DNA of 26,953 bases from a virus. Taxonomy: Duplodnaviria; Caudoviricetes. This document shows positions 18,420-25,883 of this stretch, piece by piece; position 1 is the stretch's first letter; each line of letters opens with the position of its first letter. Location of the stretch: positions 1-26,953 of IMG/VR virus record IMGVR_UViG_3300035200_000334, one strand, 5' to 3'. The position numbers and the translations under genes were made by a program. The notes beneath the pieces are model-generated. The model did no database searches, was not told the DNA's origin, and saw only the letters and a list, made by a program, of their open reading frames with translations.

Positions 18420-18449
18420 TCCCCCCGGCGAGTTGCCCCGCCGGGGGAA
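18420..18449 (-). terminator. Strong hairpin after the capsid gene (attenuator or mRNA stabiliser)
   Basis: CCCCCGGCGGG-GCAA-CUCGCCGGGGG; GNRA loop; no U-tract. Confidence 0.55.
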
Positions 18450-18454
18450 GTTGA

Positions 18455-20392
18455 TCACCACGCCACGCCGGTCACGGTGAAGACCGCACCCTGGCGACGC
18501 TGCGCCCAGGTCAGATCCCAGAGCAGCCGGAGCGCGATGCTCGCCGTCTGGAACATGCTGCGGACCGGATTGGCGATATCCGTGACCGCCGTCGCGCCCG
18601 CTGCGCCCGTGCCAGCCACGACGATCTGCTTCGGCGCCGTGTCCTCCATGTGGAGCGTGGCCTGCTCGGACACGTCCATCTGCGGCATGGAGTCGTAGGC
18701 CGTCGCGAGCTCCGCGGCGTCCACGAGGAACACGACACCCGCCGGAACGGTCGTCGAGGTCAGCACGGGAATGCCGAGCAGCCGGTTGTTCGCGAGCTCG
18801 TCGCGGAACATGAAGGTCCCCGCCGCATTGGTCACGAGCGACAGCGACATGATGCGCTGCTTGTTCATGATCCACACGAGGTTGCGACCCATGTTGCCCG
18901 ACGTCATCGCCGAGATCGCCTCGCGGAGATCCGTGATGATGTTCGCCAGCGTCGTGCCCGAGGAGGCGACGGTGTTCGAGCCCGCGAGGTTCTGCAAGCC
19001 CGCCGGGCGGATACCGGCGACGGCAGCGGTCGCATCGAGGAACAGCGTGTCCAGCGTCTCCCGGGTGTCCTGCACCATCGCGTCGCGCAGCAGCGGCTCG
19101 ATCTGCGGATCGGACATCGCGGCGATCTCGCGCGTGAAGGTCGTGATCACGCCGAGCTTGTGCGGCTCGAGCGGCGTGCTCAGCAGACCCATCTTGCGGA
19201 CGGGAATCGGAGCGCCTTCGCCGACGAACGAACCCGCGAGGGTCCCCCCGGCAGGGTCGCGGCCGGGCAGCTTGATCTTGCCGCGCCCGAAGGTGAACTG
19301 GCCCATCGGCACACGGAAGAAGATGCTGTCGGGACGCAGCACGTCCACGAAACCGCCGACGGTCTCGCCGACGAGCTCCGCCGCCCAGCCCTGGACGCCG
19401 GTCATGGCCGGGTCGACCGCCGCCTTGACGATGGCCTCCAGGTCCTTCGGCGCGTTCCAGTTGGAGCGCAGGATATCGTCGACGCTGCGGCGTTCGAAGA
19501 ACGAGCGCAGGTGGACGGTCGCGGCGCGGAACATCAGAGTCGCCGGATCGGTCGTGCCGCGCGACTGGATGCTGGCCGGAGCCGCCGGGGTCGTCCGTGC
19601 GCCCGCCGGAGCGGCGGAGGCAGCGAGGGCCCGCTGCGCCGACTGGAGCTGGCCGAGCAGCTTCGTCGTCGCCTCGAGTTCCGTCGTGCGTTCGGTGAGC
19701 TCGATCAGCTGTTCGTCGGTGGCGTTGTCGATCGCGGCCAGTTCGGTGATCTTGTCGCGGAGGTCGGCAGCCTTGGCCTCTGCCGCCGCGATGCGTTCTG
19801 CGAGATTCATGCTCTTGGTTCCCTTGTGGGAGGTGGAAGTGGTCGGTGCGGCAGTCGGCCGATCGGCCATCCGCTTGGTCAGATCATCAGTGCCGGGCGG
19901 GCAGAAGATCTTGTCCAAAGTGGACGACCGCAGTCCCTTCGCGCGGGCCGTGGCCAGGGCTTCCTGGTTCGCGGGCACCGTGACGACGGAAATCTCGAGG
20001 AGCTCCTGCTTCAGGAACCGATATCCCCCCGTGGGCTCGCCCTTCGCATTGAGGAGCGGCTCATACTTGAGGGGACGGAAGCCGACACTGACGGCGCGCA
20101 GGATGCGCTGCTCGATCAGCGACCGAAGCGTGTCGATCAGGGTGGAGGTCCCCTGCGCCGCGAGCTTCAGCTTCGCGACCAGCTTTCCGCCGTCCACCTT
20201 GATGTTTTCCCAGATGCCCACGGGCTGATCATGGTTGTGCATCCAGAGGGCGATGGGGTTCTTCCGGAAATCCGAAAGGACCCAGCCGTCCTGTTGGATG
20301 ACGTCGCCGTAGCGATCGACGCTGTCGGTCGATGCCACGAACACGAAGGGATCGGCTGCGTCCTGGAGGGCGCGGATGAAGACTGTGTTCAT
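18455..20392 (-). CDS. Fused prohead protease (HK97/U35-like) and major capsid protein
   Basis: N-terminal FVASTDSVDRYGD, NPIALWMH, SVGFRP, ELLEISVVTVPAN; S/T linker; coiled-coil delta region; HK97-fold motifs FVGEGAPIPV, PAGL, LLGIPV. Alternative start at 20401. Confidence 0.93.
   Translation of the reverse strand: MNTVFIRALQDAADPFVFVASTDSVDRYGDVIQQDGWVLSDFRKNPIALWMHNHDQPVGIWENIKVDGGKLVAKLKLAAQGTSTLIDTLRSLIEQRILRAVSVGFRPLKYEPLLNAKGEPTGGYRFLKQELLEISVVTVPANQEALATARAKGLRSSTLDKIFCPPGTDDLTKRMADRPTAAPTTSTSHKGTKSMNLAERIAAAEAKAADLRDKITELAAIDNATDEQLIELTERTTELEATTKLLGQLQSAQRALAASAAPAGARTTPAAPASIQSRGTTDPATLMFRAATVHLRSFFERRSVDDILRSNWNAPKDLEAIVKAAVDPAMTGVQGWAAELVGETVGGFVDVLRPDSIFFRVPMGQFTFGRGKIKLPGRDPAGGTLAGSFVGEGAPIPVRKMGLLSTPLEPHKLGVITTFTREIAAMSDPQIEPLLRDAMVQDTRETLDTLFLDATAAVAGIRPAGLQNLAGSNTVASSGTTLANIITDLREAISAMTSGNMGRNLVWIMNKQRIMSLSLVTNAAGTFMFRDELANNRLLGIPVLTSTTVPAGVVFLVDAAELATAYDSMPQMDVSEQATLHMEDTAPKQIVVAGTGAAGATAVTDIANPVRSMFQTASIALRLLWDLTWAQRRQGAVFTVTGVAW
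19811..19829 (-). promoter_or_regulatory. Internal RBS for a capsid-only product starting at ATG 19810
   Basis: CCACAAGGGAACCAAGAGC-ATG, in frame; the same 12-mer CCACAAGGGAAC precedes the gene at 24797. Confidence 0.6.
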
Positions 20393-20399
20393 GCTTTGC

Positions 20400-20430
20400 A
20401 TGATAGCACGGATGTTGTCCCCCTGACAAG
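20400..20430 (-). promoter_or_regulatory. Sigma70-like promoter for the protease-capsid gene
   Basis: TTGTCA-N18-TATCAT with extended TG; ATG 7 nt downstream and no SD. Confidence 0.6.
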
Positions 20431-20432
20431 CC

Positions 20433-22163
20433 CTATATTATGGCGATCGGAAGTTCTCCAGACACGTCTGGGTCCAGGAGTTCTTTCACGCGAAAGCCCA
20501 TCGCGAGCGCCACGAAGCCGTCAATCCTGGCGGTGCTTGAGGATTTGTCAAACTTCCGATTTCCCGCAGGGTCTCGCACCACCTTGACATTCATGGCGTT
20601 CCACTTCAGGACTGGGTGATCGTCGTGACGCATGGTGACGTTGAGCAAGGCGTTCTCAATAGACTCAACCATGAGCGAGCCATCCTTGAAGCCCTGCCCT
20701 ATGGGCAGCATGGGTATATCCACGCCATACTCGTCAAACCAAGTCTTAAGCACGTCTATCCGCCACCGATCAAAGCCGATGGCCCTGATGTTGTAGAGCG
20801 CAGACAGTTCGGCGATGCGCTGAGTCACAAAGCGGAAATCCACCGCCTGCCCTGGGGCCTCCTCGAGATAGCCCAGCGCGGCCCACTGTTCGTAGGGAAC
20901 CTTATCTCGAATGGTTCGCTCCTTCATGGAGTCCTTCGGTGTCCAGAAGAAGGGAATGACCTCATGCGGTGGGTCATCGAAGACCAACACCAGCGAGGTC
21001 AGGTCCACCTTGGAGGAGAGGTCCAGCCCTGCGGTGCAGGAACGACCCTCCAGCGCATCATAGTCGATCTCCCCCGCGCAGCGCGCCCAGGTGACCTCGT
21101 CTACGAAGGTGGCCGTCTGCGACACCCGCTGGTTGAGATACAGGTTACGGAAAGAATTCATCATGGTAGGCAGCATACGAGCGCGACTCGCGTATTGGCG
21201 CATCTCGTTGAGGCTGCGGAAGTCTCCCAGCGCCGGATTCGCCATCGCCCACTTGGACTCGTCAAAGGGGTCCGCGTTCATGGGCACCGAATACTCAGTC
21301 AGGTGAAACGTGGGGTCTCGAATCTCCCCCTTGTGGACCTGCCGCCCGTAGTCCACAAGTTCGCTGAGAACGGCTGCATCCTCAGCCGCTTGCGTGCTGA
21401 TCACGAGAGCCAGGGGCTCCTTCTGGGCGCCCATGCTCGTGGTCATGACGTCGAAGAGAGCGCGGTCCAGGCCGAACTGCGAGAACTCGTCGAACAGGAC
21501 GAAGTTCGGGTTGAGGCCGTGCTTGGAGCGCGACTCGCTGGACAGCGCGCGGAACACGCTGTTCGACAGATTACAGGCCGCCTTCTTGGTGGACTCCGTC
21601 AGCGTGATGCGCCCGGACAGGTCTGCGTCTTGCATGACCATGCTCTGGAACGCGCGGTAGGCGAGCGCCGCCTGACCAACCTCGAATGCGACGCTGAATA
21701 GCTGACCGTTCCAGATCGCGCAAGGACCGGTCAGGTGGCCGAGAATCAATCCCCCCGCAAGGCTGGTCTTGCCGTTCTTGCGGGCCATCGTCCAGATCGC
21801 CTGCCGGACAGCCCGGACGACCTCGTTCTTCTCGCTGAGGATCGTCGGCCCATAGACCTGGCGAATCATGGTCTTCTGCCAGTCGCGGAGCTCGATCAGC
21901 TTACCAGCGTCTGGGCCATCCGGAACCTTGAGGGTCTCGATGAATGCGATCATCTTCTCCTCGATAGGCATCTTCTCCGGAACACGCTCCTTCTTCGCCT
22001 GCGCGAACACCCGCGTCTGCTTTTCTGGCTCGACGTTGATGGTCTTGGCTGCCAATCCCAAGACATCGCCGAGGTTGGAGTGGGCTTTCGGCTTGGGTGT
22101 GGCAGTGAATGGCAGGAATGCCGAATCCGGCTTCTTCGTTCGCTTGATCTTAATAGCCGACAT
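20433..22163 (-). CDS. terL: Terminase large subunit
   Basis: LRDWQ, Walker A ARKNGKT, Walker B LFDE, ISTQ, ANPALG, GLDLS..DLT, RIDGFVALAM. Confidence 0.96.
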   Translation of the reverse strand: MSAIKIKRTKKPDSAFLPFTATPKPKAHSNLGDVLGLAAKTINVEPEKQTRVFAQAKKERVPEKMPIEEKMIAFIETLKVPDGPDAGKLIELRDWQKTMIRQVYGPTILSEKNEVVRAVRQAIWTMARKNGKTSLAGGLILGHLTGPCAIWNGQLFSVAFEVGQAALAYRAFQSMVMQDADLSGRITLTESTKKAACNLSNSVFRALSSESRSKHGLNPNFVLFDEFSQFGLDRALFDVMTTSMGAQKEPLALVISTQAAEDAAVLSELVDYGRQVHKGEIRDPTFHLTEYSVPMNADPFDESKWAMANPALGDFRSLNEMRQYASRARMLPTMMNSFRNLYLNQRVSQTATFVDEVTWARCAGEIDYDALEGRSCTAGLDLSSKVDLTSLVLVFDDPPHEVIPFFWTPKDSMKERTIRDKVPYEQWAALGYLEEAPGQAVDFRFVTQRIAELSALYNIRAIGFDRWRIDVLKTWFDEYGVDIPMLPIGQGFKDGSLMVESIENALLNVTMRHDDHPVLKWNAMNVKVVRDPAGNRKFDKSSSTARIDGFVALAMGFRVKELLDPDVSGELPIAII

Positions 22164-22632
22164 AGATCAACCCCGCTCGTGCATTGGCCCCACTCTTTCC
22201 GGCTTCCTTGGCTCGTTTGGTCTGCGCCGCCACTCTTGCCTCGCCGGTGGCGCGAGTGGTGCGGCTGATCAGGGAAGTCGTGTGGAAGGAGAGTTGTCTC
22301 TCGAGGCGAGTGGCGATCCGCATCAGGCGATCCCACATATTCAGCGAGACAATGTCGTCCGGGTCTGCCTCGTAGAGATCACTGTAGTGCATCATCTTTT
22401 CGACAGCGCGGACATACTGGATCAAGACCGGAATATGTCGCGCCCGGAAGAACTCCAGGGGCACGTCGCTGAGGCACGCAATCCACAGGTTGGTCTGCGT
22501 GCTGGTGAGGAACGAAGGTGGTGGAAAGCTCGTGATTGCCGGAACGTCCAGGGCCGCGATGCCCCTGGTGGACTGGCGAATCATTGAGCCTCGGTTGGGA
22601 GCATTTTGTCCCGACTGCTCGGAACGGTCCAT
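22150..22632 (-). CDS. terS: Terminase small subunit (putative)
   Basis: Lies between HNH and terL; PPPSFL....W, helical core, LSF...SR end; GAGGAGG RBS. Confidence 0.72.
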   Translation of the reverse strand: MDRSEQSGQNAPNRGSMIRQSTRGIAALDVPAITSFPPPSFLTSTQTNLWIACLSDVPLEFFRARHIPVLIQYVRAVEKMMHYSDLYEADPDDIVSLNMWDRLMRIATRLERQLSFHTTSLISRTTRATGEARVAAQTKRAKEAGKSGANARAGLIYVGY

Positions 22633-22633
22633 T

Positions 22634-23008
22634 TCAATGACCTCCTCTTACGAATCGGGCCCTGGCAGATTTCCCCGTCTGCCGAGCCTTCAGGATTTCA
22701 ACAGGCTTCCGCGGATCATAGGTGGTTCCATCCGGGTTGATGGTCATCCGCGTATCCAACCCCCCGCGATACTCCTTGGCGCTCTTGGCGTCGTGGCAGT
22801 TCTTGCAGAGAGGCTGAAGGTTGGAATCTTCATGCGTCCCACCACGCGCTCTCGGGACGATGTGATCCACGGTCGTGGCCGGAGTCTCGTAGCCGAGTTC
22901 GGCGCAGGATCTGCAGAGCGGCTCCCTTGACAACAACTCTTTTCGGCGTGAACGCCACTCGGGGTCGCTCTTTAGCAAGTGTGGGATTCTGCGATTGTAG
23001 GTTGACAT
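22634..23008 (-). CDS. HNH endonuclease (packaging-associated, HK97 gp74-like)
   Basis: EPLCRSC...ATTVDHIVP...NLQPLCKNCHDAKS; GGAG RBS. Confidence 0.92.
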   Translation of the reverse strand: MSTYNRRIPHLLKSDPEWRSRRKELLSREPLCRSCAELGYETPATTVDHIVPRARGGTHEDSNLQPLCKNCHDAKSAKEYRGGLDTRMTINPDGTTYDPRKPVEILKARQTGKSARARFVRGGH

Positions 23009-23396
23009 AGGCTCCCGTCCATTTCATGAAGAGCATCGGCAGGTGACGGACAGCGTAGCAGGGCTCGGCCAGACATCCTTCCTTGGCGCACCGGCGAACG
23101 CTCTCGGCTCTCACGCACCAGAACTGCTCGGGATTTCGGCTGTTCCAGGCCAGAAGGTTGACGATCCCCCCTCTAGCGGCGTGATCCTCGATCCAGTTTG
23201 TCTGTTCCGGCCGAACAGAGATGCGGGCGTTCGGTCCCTCGGCTATCTTGAGCTCTGCCCAGGCGTGGAAGTTGTCCTCTCCGCGGAGCAGCACGTCTGG
23301 CCATCCTTCGTCGATCGCGTTCTCCACCCTGCCGGGGACAAGCCCGGCAGACAACGCCGCTTTCCTGATTTTCTGGTAGAATCCCTTTTCGTCCAT
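22830..23396 (-). CDS. PD-(D/E)xK nuclease (VRR-NUC / Holliday junction resolvase-like)
   Basis: RVEN...GWPDV...WAELK...RPEQTNW...RGG; start moved to ATG 23396; the 3' end overlaps HNH by 179 bp. Confidence 0.8.
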   Translation of the reverse strand: MDEKGFYQKIRKAALSAGLVPGRVENAIDEGWPDVLLRGEDNFHAWAELKIAEGPNARISVRPEQTNWIEDHAARGGIVNLLAWNSRNPEQFWCVRAESVRRCAKEGCLAEPCYAVRHLPMLFMKWTGAYVNLQSQNPTLAKERPRVAFTPKRVVVKGAALQILRRTRLRDSGHDRGSHRPESAWWDA

Positions 23397-23402
23397 CCCT
23401 AA

Positions 23403-23433
23403 AGCATGGCACATGTCAGCTTCTTGAGACAAG
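23403..23433 (-). promoter_or_regulatory. Leftward promoter of the packaging/morphogenesis block
   Basis: TTGTCT-N18-CATGCT with extended TG; same geometry as 20400-20430; ATG 6 nt downstream. Confidence 0.5.
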
Positions 23434-23523
23434 GATCGATCCAAAGAGCATTTAGCACCCGTTTTAGACATGCGCGGCGTGCATAGCAGCCTTGCGCGCC
23501 CGGCATGGGTCCATTTTGGTCTT

Positions 23524-23556
23524 TATGCTAGGTTAGCACCCTGGCAATGGGGCCAG
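23524..23556 (+). promoter_or_regulatory. Rightward promoter motif plus hairpin, copy 1
   Basis: TATGCTAGGTTAGC then CTGGC-AATGGG-GCCAG, ahead of an AAGGAG RBS. Confidence 0.6.
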
Positions 23557-23573
23557 ATAAGGAGTTCTCAGCC

Positions 23574-23834
23574 ATGCCATCCAATCGCAACCTCCACCGC
23601 TCCCCCGTGCAGCGCGCACTCCGCATGTCGCGGGGATATGTTGCAGATCTTGCCCGCCACGGGCAGACGCGGCTCCAGATCATGGAAAGCTTGTCCGCCG
23701 CGCTGATGCAGCGAAAGGACCTCACCCCCCTCGCGCGGATCCAGGTGTTCCTGGCAGCGATCAAGGATTGTCCCCGCAAGGGCATTCCGGACCAGATGGA
23801 AGAAAACGTTCACATGCAGGCAGGGAGGTTTTAA
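23574..23834 (+). CDS. Hypothetical protein (86 aa)
   Basis: TAAGGAG RBS; first gene of the rightward cluster. Confidence 0.7.
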   Translation: MPSNRNLHRSPVQRALRMSRGYVADLARHGQTRLQIMESLSAALMQRKDLTPLARIQVFLAAIKDCPRKGIPDQMEENVHMQAGRF

Positions 23835-23836
23835 TC

Positions 23837-23983
23837 GTGGAGACCATTTCCTTCATCCTCACCGCGCTGATCATGGTGCTGTTTGGAATCGTCTGGGTGA
23901 TTCTCGCCCTCTGGTGGATCATCATTCCGGTGATCGTCGTCATTCTTCTGGTGCAGATTCGTCGCGCCGTTGGGAGGTCTTAG
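23837..23983 (+). CDS. Small, very hydrophobic membrane protein (48 aa)
   Basis: GGGAGG RBS and GTG; METISFILTALIMVLFGIVWVILALWWIIIPVIVVILLVQIRRAVGRS. Confidence 0.7.
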   Translation: METISFILTALIMVLFGIVWVILALWWIIIPVIVVILLVQIRRAVGRS

Positions 23984-23985
23984 TC

Positions 23986-24234
23986 ATGGTAGCCTACCTC
24001 ATGTCCAAGGAAAATCGCAAGCGCAAGCGCATCGTCTATCACAAGGCGCTGCGCGCGATGGCCACCTTCAACGAGTGCATCCGCGAAATGCGAGAGATCT
24101 CGAAAGATCTGGCTGAGGACTACGGCACCGTCAGCCGCACGGCCAAGCGATCGGCCCTGCACGTTTGCGAGGATCTTCACCTGATCGAGGAGGCCCCCCT
24201 GCGGGCCTTCTGCGACCTGCCGGAGGAATTGTGA
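23986..24234 (+). CDS. Hypothetical protein (82 aa)
   Basis: GGGAGG RBS; tight packing. Confidence 0.7.
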   Translation: MVAYLMSKENRKRKRIVYHKALRAMATFNECIREMREISKDLAEDYGTVSRTAKRSALHVCEDLHLIEEAPLRAFCDLPEEL

Positions 24235-24710
24235 TGACCTGGGCCCTGATTCTTGGCGTGCTGATCTTAGCCATCCTGGTGATGGTTCGTCGCGAGCCGA
24301 GTCTGCCGTCTGCCTCTCCCGACCCGCTTGACTTGCTGCCGAAAAAGGTGAATCCGCAATGGGGTTCTCGGAATATCCCCCGAGTAGTCTACGAGTCGGA
24401 CAATCCCCCCGCCAGGGCTAAGGCGAAGCGTGACGGAGACCCCAATCACTGGATCAACCGCTTCAACGCGGCCTCCCACTTCCGCTATTGGAGCGTCAGC
24501 GGTCACCCTCACTACTTCGTGCGGACAGGGACGATCCGGAAGAATCACCGGAATCAGTGGGTGATGCCAGTTCGTCGCGTCCTGACCCAGGAATCGTTCC
24601 TGATGCCCGTCCGGGCACTGGACATCTGCTCGGCGGAGGAGGCCGCCAAAGACTACGACACAAACGATGCCCGCAACGGCATCCCAGACGTGTGCCAGGG
24701 CGCAAAATGA
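24234..24710 (+). CDS. Membrane-anchored hypothetical protein
   Basis: GGAGG RBS; TGATG coupling; N-terminal TM helix MTWALILGVLILAILVMV. Confidence 0.7.
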   Translation: MTWALILGVLILAILVMVRREPSLPSASPDPLDLLPKKVNPQWGSRNIPRVVYESDNPPARAKAKRDGDPNHWINRFNAASHFRYWSVSGHPHYFVRTGTIRKNHRNQWVMPVRRVLTQESFLMPVRALDICSAEEAAKDYDTNDARNGIPDVCQGAK

Positions 24711-24722
24711 CCCTGGCGTCTA

Positions 24723-24775
24723 CTTGCAATCAGCATGGGGTATGCTAGGTTAGCCCATGGCCAATGGGGGCCATG
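24723..24775 (+). promoter_or_regulatory. Rightward promoter motif plus hairpin, copy 2
   Basis: TTGCAA-N16-TAGGTT with extended TG; TATGCTAGGTTAGC then CATGGCC-AATGGG-GGCCATG. Confidence 0.62.
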
Positions 24776-24796
24776 ATTCCACAAGGGAACTCGGTT

Positions 24797-25177
24797 ATGA
24801 CGAAGCTTGATACTCAGTCCGCCCTGGTCGCCGCAAACCAGATTCGGGAACAGATGATCACCGCAGGCTTGCGGTTGTCCAAGCGGCTCACCCAGGCTCG
24901 GGACAACAACCTGTCCAACGTGAAGATCGCCGTGCTGAAGTCCGGCGGCATGGCGCTGATCGCCGATGCGGCGGGCAAGCTCCGGTTGTCGTCGGTGGAT
25001 GACAGCCGGGTGCTGCTCGGCGACCCGGAGGCCTTGGAGCTCTGGAATAGCAAGGCGCCGGACCTGGAGGTTCGCGCGATGCGGCTGGAGGACGCCCTGG
25101 TGCAGGAACAGTCCAAGGTCTGGCAGCTTCTGCAGCTCGTGCAGGAGCGCATCGAGATCCTCGAGAACATGCAGTGA
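24797..25177 (+). CDS. Hypothetical protein with coiled-coil ends (126 aa)
   Basis: AAGGGA RBS; strong GC3 bias. Confidence 0.75.
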   Translation: MTKLDTQSALVAANQIREQMITAGLRLSKRLTQARDNNLSNVKIAVLKSGGMALIADAAGKLRLSSVDDSRVLLGDPEALELWNSKAPDLEVRAMRLEDALVQEQSKVWQLLQLVQERIEILENMQ

Positions 25178-25183
25178 TCAACA

Positions 25184-25206
25184 GGGCCGGGGCATCCCCC
25201 CGGCCC
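25184..25206. terminator. Intergenic hairpin GGGCCGGGG-CATCC-CCCCGGCCC
   Basis: Perfect 9-bp stem 6 nt after a stop codon; no U-tract. Confidence 0.45.
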
Positions 25207-25230
25207 ACTCACCACCAAGGAGAATCCATC

Positions 25231-25485
25231 ATGGAAAACCGACGCCAAGAGCTTCTGGACTACATCGGCGTGAAGACAGCAGACTCCAGGTATGACGTCA
25301 TGCCACAGTGGCGATTCGTGTGCGCGAATCTTTCGAGTGAAGATGTGGCCGCCGTCTTTTCCCTTTCCCTGGCGGACCGAGAGGCCCTGCTGTTCGGCGA
25401 CTCCGATGACCTGTTCCCCGGCCTGTGGGATCGGATCACCGATCTTTGGACTCAAGAAGACGAACGCCTCGAGAAGGAGGGCTGA
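25231..25485 (+). CDS. Acidic hypothetical protein (84 aa)
   Basis: AAGGAG RBS; start moved from 25174. Confidence 0.72.
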   Translation: MENRRQELLDYIGVKTADSRYDVMPQWRFVCANLSSEDVAAVFSLSLADREALLFGDSDDLFPGLWDRITDLWTQEDERLEKEG

Positions 25486-25488
25486 GCC

Positions 25489-25677
25489 GTGACCAAGAAT
25501 CGCCAGACGTTTGAAGAGTGGAAGCAGGAAGTGAACGACATCCTCCTCCACCGCCTCGGCATTGACGCCGACGACCTGCCCGACTATCCCTATCGTCGCG
25601 ACTACGAGGACGGAGCCACCCCCCGTCAGGTGGCTGCCCGCACCGTGAAGGCCGCCAAGAGGGAGTTCGGGATGTGA
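25489..25677 (+). CDS. Hypothetical protein (62 aa)
   Basis: AAGGAGG RBS; FEEWK...GIDADDLPDYPYRRDYEDG.TP. Confidence 0.75.
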   Translation: MTKNRQTFEEWKQEVNDILLHRLGIDADDLPDYPYRRDYEDGATPRQVAARTVKAAKREFGM

Positions 25678-25883
25678 CTCCGGTTCGCAAGACATTCGCG
25701 TGGCGGGAAGATGCCATTGAGTGGATCAAGGCGAAAGGCTTCCGCTACGTGAATCAGTTCGGGTGGGTTCACCCCGAGCATGGTCTGTGCGCGATCGTGG
25801 AATTCACGGGTGGCATCCGCCGCCCGTGGGTTCTTACGACCTACAGATCCGCCGTCCCCACCGTCCAGAAGGATGCCCCGTGA
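25674..25883 (+). CDS. Hypothetical protein (69 aa)
   Basis: GTGA overlap; GGGAG RBS. Confidence 0.65.
   Translation: MTPVRKTFAWREDAIEWIKAKGFRYVNQFGWVHPEHGLCAIVEFTGGIRRPWVLTTYRSAVPTVQKDAP

Noticed and set aside
18650-20587. 645-aa and 485-aa plus-strand ORFs over the capsid gene (and 483 aa over the portal, 361 aa over terL)
   Set aside because: Antisense shadows of strongly GC3-biased genes with low-information translations.
24814-25695. 293-aa minus-strand ORF
   Set aside because: Antisense to three well-supported plus-strand genes with strong RBSs.
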